Shown here in pieces: positions 58,914 through 64,000 of a DNA stretch of 64,000 bases; within the stretch, counting starts at the first letter, position 1; the number at the start of each line of letters is the position of its first letter. The notes beneath the pieces are model-generated. The model was given only the letters and a program-made list of their open reading frames with translations, was not told the origin of the DNA and did not search any database. The position numbers were made by a program, and so were the translations under genes. Source of the stretch: Patescibacteria group bacterium (GTDB lineage: Bacteria; Patescibacteriota; WWE3; UBA101185; 2-01-FULL-41-18); NCBI GenBank assembly GCA_038064575.1, contig JBBTST010000002.1, forward strand, positions 9,992-73,991, read 5' to 3'.

Positions 58914-60651
58914 GGGAAAAACTCTCTATAAGCATGTTAGCTTTGTTTGGTAAAGTTAATTGCCTACTCACTCCCTCAAAATCTTTGTAGTTTAAGTCAT
59001 AAGGTGTTTTAAGCGTTACATTAGCTTTTGCTAAAGGGGGCAGAATCTTTTTTTCCTCTCCCACTTCAAATAAGGTGTAATTTCCCACATTTTGAATTTT
59101 AAAGTTTCTTGATTTATTGAGTATTTTGACTAAGTTTAAAGTTAAGCTATTAAATCCAGAAACTTGATAACTATATTTGTCAGTCACAGTTGAGTCCTGC
59201 GCAAAGGAAATGTCTATTTGGGGTTTGTTTGTATTGCCGGTTTTATAAGAGCCTGCGGGTTGAGGGTACTCAGAAGATAGGCCCTTAATAACAAAAGTAA
59301 AATGATTGTTATCGAGTTTTGAAAAGTAATCAAGCTGTGAAGTAGAGCCCCAGGTGGGATCAACTTCCACCCATCCAAAATTTGGATCGTAGAACTGGGC
59401 CCACGAATGAAGAATGTCACCATCCTTTAGGTTGACTGACAAAGGATTCAGGTTATTCCTGGAATATGCATACCCGTTTATTTCCCTGGCCGGAATACCC
59501 ATGGCTCTTGAGATTGAAATGAACAGGTCTACATATTCCATGCAGATTGCATCTTTTGGATTTTTCAGAGCTTGCAGTGAGCCAAGTCTTTCAACTGTCT
59601 TATTCTCCTCTTTCTCGCTTTTATAGCTGAGAGTGGAAACAACATACTGATAGACCTTCTGGGCATTTTGTGCAACGTTTATGTTCTTGTCATACAAATC
59701 TTTAGAAATCTTTTTAACCTCCTCCGAGTCCTTATCCCAATACCTTTGAGCATTTGTGTAATCCTTTATTAAGCTTTTTGGTATATCTGCCATGTTTCCT
59801 CCATCAGAAACCGCGATGTTTTTATTGTAGATTTTAACGCTTCCTATTAAGTTGATATCCATAGTTTCATTGGGGAGGAGTTTATAAGAGGCCAAATAGT
59901 TTCCATCATTATCTACTCTTATATTTACAGGTTTAGGAGTCAAATCTATGTAAGAGATGACCTGTTTTCCCTTTATGTCCGGAGGCAGAGCAATTTCTTT
60001 GCTTGTTGAGGAAATAGTTTTATTTTCAAGTTTGAAACTAATTTTGTAGTTGAGTTTTTGATATTTACCAAAAGACGCACTTATTGAGGATTTTGATGTT
60101 TCCTCAGTGCTAAAAATGTAGTAGGTAAAGTTTTTATCCGTATTGAGACTGTATTTATCAGGAATAACAAAGGAAGGCTCTCCCAAAGTTTTAGGTACTT
60201 TGAGTATTATTTGATAGCTTTCAACGTTTTCATTAAAAGATACCTTGGGTATAAACAGCTCCGTAATATTGCCTATTTTTTCAGCTACGTCATTAGTTTT
60301 GTATTTTAGTTTCCACTTTATTTCAGAGCCTTCACCTATAATTTTGTCATTGAAATGGACCTTGATGTTGGTTTTGTCATCTTTTGATTCAACATCTTTC
60401 TCCATAATACCTTTTGAGTCTGAGGCTTCTATGTCATAAGGCTTCATGTTAAAAATTGAAATATTGTATTCAGATGCAAAAATCTTTTGGGTTAAATTTT
60501 TAATTGTTGTTTCTTGAGTTACCTGCGTTTCTCCTTTTTCCAAAACCTCATAAGTTATTTTATAATAAGTAGTAAAATCAGCAGCAGTGACATGTGGCTG
60601 AAAATAAAGAAAGATTATCAGAGTAATTAAGAAACTTAGTTTATTTTTCAT
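58822..60651 (-). CDS. Exported transglutaminase-like protein with C-terminal TM
   Basis: Signal peptide; Cys-His-Asp triad ICMEY...GIPAR, HSWAQ, DPTW. Confidence 0.9.
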   Translation of the reverse strand: MKNKLSFLITLIIFLYFQPHVTAADFTTYYKITYEVLEKGETQVTQETTIKNLTQKIFASEYNISIFNMKPYDIEASDSKGIMEKDVESKDDKTNIKVHFNDKIIGEGSEIKWKLKYKTNDVAEKIGNITELFIPKVSFNENVESYQIILKVPKTLGEPSFVIPDKYSLNTDKNFTYYIFSTEETSKSSISASFGKYQKLNYKISFKLENKTISSTSKEIALPPDIKGKQVISYIDLTPKPVNIRVDNDGNYLASYKLLPNETMDINLIGSVKIYNKNIAVSDGGNMADIPKSLIKDYTNAQRYWDKDSEEVKKISKDLYDKNINVAQNAQKVYQYVVSTLSYKSEKEENKTVERLGSLQALKNPKDAICMEYVDLFISISRAMGIPAREINGYAYSRNNLNPLSVNLKDGDILHSWAQFYDPNFGWVEVDPTWGSTSQLDYFSKLDNNHFTFVIKGLSSEYPQPAGSYKTGNTNKPQIDISFAQDSTVTDKYSYQVSGFNSLTLNLVKILNKSRNFKIQNVGNYTLFEVGEEKKILPPLAKANVTLKTPYDLNYKDFEGVSRQLTLPNKANMLIESFSLIGSFVVLLLALLPCVIFYFLVVRLYHHKK

Positions 60652-60691
60652 ACTGAGCGTTTAAGCTTTTACTAATGATACAATAGCTTTT

Positions 60692-62020
60692 GTGGTAACA
60701 GCAACCTTAAAACAAAAAATTTCTAATCTACCAAAAACACCAGGTGTATATATTTATTATGATTATACAGGGAATATTATATACGTTGGTAAAGCAAAAA
60801 GTCTTAAAGATAGGGTAAGCTCATATTTTGTATCAGAGATTAGGCAAGGGGCTAAAACTGTTGAGCTTGTAAAAAAAATAACTGACCTCTCCTTTATTGA
60901 GGTTCAAAGCGAACTAGAAGCTCTTATTCTTGAGTCAAACTTAATAAAAAAATACAGACCTAAGTTTAACATTAATTTAAAAGATGATAAATCCTATAGG
61001 TATATTTTTATTAAAGATGAAAAAATTGATGGGGAGATTTTACCTGTAGTGGGGATTGGGAGAGAAAATATTAAAGTCCTGCATGGAAAGTATGATGTGT
61101 ATGGACCCTATCCGCAAGGCAGAGTTGTTACTGACGTGGTGCGCTCTCTAAGAAAAATCATACCCTTCAGAGATTGTTCATTGGGAAAATATAAAAGATA
61201 CCAAAGACTTGAAGCCCCGTGCTTGTATGGGCACCTTAAGCTGTGTTCAGCCCCTTGTGTAAATTTGATTACCAAAGAAAAGTACAGAAAAAGCATTTCC
61301 TATCTTAGAAAATTTTTAAGAGGTGGGTCTTCTACTCTCATTCAAAGCTTAAAAAAAAGCATGATTAAAGCTTCAGCCAAGGGAAAATATGAGGAGGCTC
61401 TTTATTTTAGAGATATTTTAAGAAAATATGAGTATGTAAGACAAAGAGTCTTTCTTCCGGAAAGTTACCTTGAAAACCCTAATCTTTCTGAAGATTTAAG
61501 AGAGGAAGCTTTGAGGGGGCTTGTTAGAATTATTCCCTCTCTCACTCAAAAACCAAGAAGGATTGAGTGTTATGACATTTCAAACATTTCAGGTACGATG
61601 GCAACCGCCTCTATGACTGTTGCCATCAATGGAAGACCCGTCAAGGAAAACTACAGAAGATTTAAAATAAAATCAAAAGCTACTCCTGATGATTTTGAAA
61701 TGTTAAGAGAAGTAATGGCCAGGCGCTTAGATAGAACTGACTGGGAGAAAGCTGATTTAGTGGTTATAGATGGGGGAAAAGGACAGGTATCAGCTGTGCT
61801 TAAGGTAATGGAAGTTAAAAATGTTTCCGTCCCTGTAATAGGCTTAGCTAAAAGATTTGAGACAATTGTTTTCAAGGATGCAGGAAAATTTTATGAAGTT
61901 AATCTTGCATCCCGCAGTGAGGCTTTGAAGCTTTTACAGGTTTTAAGAGATGAAGCTCACAGGTTTGCCAAGAAATATCATCACCTACTACAGCTTAAAA
62001 ATTTAGATTTGCCAAAATGA
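60692..62020 (+). CDS. uvrC: Excinuclease ABC subunit C (short form, no C-terminal HhH)
   Basis: PGVY, YVGKAKSL..RV.SYF, RIECYDISN, DGGKGQ, RDEAHRFA. Confidence 0.95.
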   Translation: MVTATLKQKISNLPKTPGVYIYYDYTGNIIYVGKAKSLKDRVSSYFVSEIRQGAKTVELVKKITDLSFIEVQSELEALILESNLIKKYRPKFNINLKDDKSYRYIFIKDEKIDGEILPVVGIGRENIKVLHGKYDVYGPYPQGRVVTDVVRSLRKIIPFRDCSLGKYKRYQRLEAPCLYGHLKLCSAPCVNLITKEKYRKSISYLRKFLRGGSSTLIQSLKKSMIKASAKGKYEEALYFRDILRKYEYVRQRVFLPESYLENPNLSEDLREEALRGLVRIIPSLTQKPRRIECYDISNISGTMATASMTVAINGRPVKENYRRFKIKSKATPDDFEMLREVMARRLDRTDWEKADLVVIDGGKGQVSAVLKVMEVKNVSVPVIGLAKRFETIVFKDAGKFYEVNLASRSEALKLLQVLRDEAHRFAKKYHHLLQLKNLDLPK

Positions 62021-62036
62021 TAGTATACTTATTCTG

Positions 62037-62456
62037 ATGAAGGTTTTTTTGAGAAATATCCTTTTTAGTTACATAGTATTGGTCTTCTTGGAAATTCATT
62101 TTACGGGTATAGAAATAACCTTTGATATTCAGAAAACGCTTTTATTAATGGCTCTTGGGTTAGGAATTATAAATAGTTTTGCAAAAGCTCTTATTAAACT
62201 TGTGTCTCTTCCTTCGAGTGGGATCTTTTACTTGGTACTTAATTTTTTTGTTAATTTGGTGGCGTTTTTTATGTTAGATAAAATCCTGGTTTCCTTTAGT
62301 ATATTGGATTCCAATATAACAGGTTTGAAACTTTTAGAGCTTATGATAAATTACTTCAACGTATCTGTGTTTTGGAGCTATGTGATAGTATCAGGGGTGT
62401 TTAGTTTGAGCCTTTTCTTCCTGAACTTTTTATGTACTAGCGGGAAAAAGAAATGA
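62037..62456 (+). CDS. Four-TM membrane protein, YvlD/'phage holin 4' family-like
   Basis: LGIINSFAK.LIKLVSLP...G...LV.N pattern; near uvr genes. Confidence 0.6.
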   Translation: MKVFLRNILFSYIVLVFLEIHFTGIEITFDIQKTLLLMALGLGIINSFAKALIKLVSLPSSGIFYLVLNFFVNLVAFFMLDKILVSFSILDSNITGLKLLELMINYFNVSVFWSYVIVSGVFSLSLFFLNFLCTSGKKK

Positions 62457-62674
62457 ATTTAACTTTAATTTTAATGCTTAGTCAAATAGTTTTAAGCCTG
62501 GTAATTATTGTCCTAGTTTTGTTTCAGTCTAAAGGAAAAGGGCTCTCACCGGCAATTTCAGGTGTTGGAATGTATAGAACTAAAAGAGGTTTAGAAAAGC
62601 TAATTTTTATATTAACTATAGTCTTTTCAGTGGCTTTAGTGATTAATTCGATAGCTTTTTTTGTTTTAAAATGA
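62453..62674 (+). CDS. secG: Preprotein translocase subunit SecG
   Basis: LVLFQSKGKGLS...YRTKRGLEK, two TMs. Confidence 0.92.
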   Translation: MNLTLILMLSQIVLSLVIIVLVLFQSKGKGLSPAISGVGMYRTKRGLEKLIFILTIVFSVALVINSIAFFVLK

Positions 62675-62675
62675 T

Positions 62676-64000
62676 ATGAAAGCAGAAATAGAAGGTGGTG
62701 AGCCCTTAATTGGAAGAGTTAGAGTATCCGGATCAAAGAATTCAGCTCTCAAGCTTATTGCTGGAGCTTTGTTTTCTAATGAGGATGTTGTATTAGAAAA
62801 TGTGCCAAGGGTAAGCTCTATACTGTCAGATCTTGAGGTTCTTAAATCCTTAGGTGTGTCTTTTTCCTGGGAGGCCTTGGGTAAGCTTAAGATCAATGCA
62901 AAAGACCTAAATCTTTCTGAGATACCTTTGGAGAGCAATTCCAGATACAGAACTTTGGCTCTTTTAACAGGTCCTCTACTGTACAGATTTGGAAGGGCCA
63001 GAATACCAAAACCTAGAAGCGAGCTGTTTTTAACCTCTCCCATAAACAGGTGGCTTGAGACTTGGGATAGCTTGGGCTTTTCTATTTTAGAAAGCACTAA
63101 CTTTTATGACATAGAATCAAAGAGGTCTCAAAGTTCAGAGATCAATTTTAAACTCAATACAGTGATGGGAACTGAAAATGCCATTCTTTCATCAGTTTTT
63201 ATACCCGGTACCACAACCATAAATAATGCCGCAGCTGAGCCGGAAGTTGATGACCTGGTAGCTTTTCTGAATGCTTTGGGAGGTAATGTTAAAAGAGTTG
63301 AAGAGAGAAAAATAATTATCAACGGGATGGCCACTTTTGAGGGGACTAAGTATACGGTTATGCCTGACAGAAGCGAGGTGGTTGCTTTATCTATAGCGGC
63401 ACTCCTAACAAATGGGGATTTAGAGATACAAGGTTCTACCTCATCAGATTTGTTACCGTTTGTTAGAAAACTTGAAGCTGTCAAAGCAAATTTTGAGTTT
63501 AAGGGGGATGTCTTAAGAATCTGGAAACATAAAAATGATGTTTTAGAGGCTGTTACAGTGGAAACGTCCCCATTTCCCGGTTTTACTACCGACTGGCAAC
63601 CGCTGATGACAGTTCTTTTGACTCAGGCTAAAGGTACAAGTTTTATACATGAAACCATTTATACTGACAGACTTTTATACACTAAGGACTTGAATAGAAT
63701 GGGAGCCAAGATAACACTTCTTAAGCCTTCCGAGGTTGGATTACAGCCAGTAATAAGTGAGGATTCTTACGATTTTGAGAAACTTGGTGAGCCCTTTACT
63801 GTAGCAAAAATTGAAGGGTCAACGCCTCTTAGAAGAGAGAGAATAAACGTTTCTGATCCCAGATTTTCAATAGCTTTGATACTTGCCTCCCTTTGTGCAA
63901 ATGGGGTTAGTGAAGTTCATAGTTTTGAGGCGGTTAATGACTTATTTGAAAACTTTTCAGAAAAGCTAAAGGCTCTTGGAGCAAAAATTAAAATAATTAG
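62676..64000 (+). CDS. MurA-like enolpyruvyl transferase with degenerate active site; runs off the window end
   Basis: Manual translation: MKAEIEGGEPLIGRVRVSGSKNSALK, GPLL, NAAAEPEV, PDRSE, FPGFTTDWQP. Not in the ORF track. Confidence 0.9.
   Translation, partial: MKAEIEGGEPLIGRVRVSGSKNSALKLIAGALFSNEDVVLENVPRVSSILSDLEVLKSLGVSFSWEALGKLKINAKDLNLSEIPLESNSRYRTLALLTGPLLYRFGRARIPKPRSELFLTSPINRWLETWDSLGFSILESTNFYDIESKRSQSSEINFKLNTVMGTENAILSSVFIPGTTTINNAAAEPEVDDLVAFLNALGGNVKRVEERKIIINGMATFEGTKYTVMPDRSEVVALSIAALLTNGDLEIQGSTSSDLLPFVRKLEAVKANFEFKGDVLRIWKHKNDVLEAVTVETSPFPGFTTDWQPLMTVLLTQAKGTSFIHETIYTDRLLYTKDLNRMGAKITLLKPSEVGLQPVISEDSYDFEKLGEPFTVAKIEGSTPLRRERINVSDPRFSIALILASLCANGVSEVHSFEAVNDLFENFSEKLKALGAKIKII

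Noticed and set aside
62037-62456. Prophage implied by the 'holin'-family gene
   Set aside because: The YvlD-like family is commonly chromosomal; no integrase, capsid or lysin genes nearby
130-63484. Numerous short ORFs antisense or out of frame within long genes (e.g. 22192-22614, 32040-32471, 48673-49098, 53642-54127, 62666-63097)
   Set aside because: Shadow ORFs of well-supported genes, with no motifs or independent expression signals
1-64000. CRISPR array, tRNA, rRNA, tmRNA, RNase P, intron or integron attC array
   Set aside because: No regularly spaced repeats or conserved signature sequences were seen by eye; a covariance-model scan would be needed to exclude divergent forms

Overview
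AT-rich bacterial chromosome segment using genetic code 11. The gene content (DUF4012, alpha2-type GlyRS, short UvrC, many GT-C proteins, AAA-like/winged-helix regulator) suggests a Patescibacteria/CPR organism, probably Microgenomates/WWE3-like (inference). 1-26.3 kb is a large surface-glycosylation locus: RfbE-like epimerase, tandem GT-C-type membrane glycosyltransferases, GT2/GT4 enzymes, a WaaL-ArnT fusion, a flippase, a priming transferase and DUF4012. 26.3-37.9 kb is housekeeping: recO, glyQS, mraZ-rsmH-ftsL-ftsI, yraN, LCP, PMM/PGM, ppsA. 37.9-47.9 kb is an accessory patch (2H phosphoesterase, PvcA/DIT1-like protein, pseudogene fragments, NUDIX, VOC, orphans) interleaved with eno, gpmA and lexA. 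47.9-64 kb holds a HelD-like helicase, uvrB, PBP1A, uvrA, a transglutaminase, uvrC, secG and a degenerate murA-like gene. The best candidate novelty is a ~145-nt glycine T-box riboswitch upstream of glyQS. Its ultrashort Stem I carries the GGC specifier in the apical loop and it has no recognisable Stem II/IIA-B, so it appears to be a minimal T-box. Other notable items are a divergent isonitrile-synthase-like gene with a hairpin leader, a lexA-divergent small membrane gene with a structured 3' RNA, and pervasive leaderless promoter architecture. No tRNA, rRNA or CRISPR array was seen. All calls were made by eye, without database searches.
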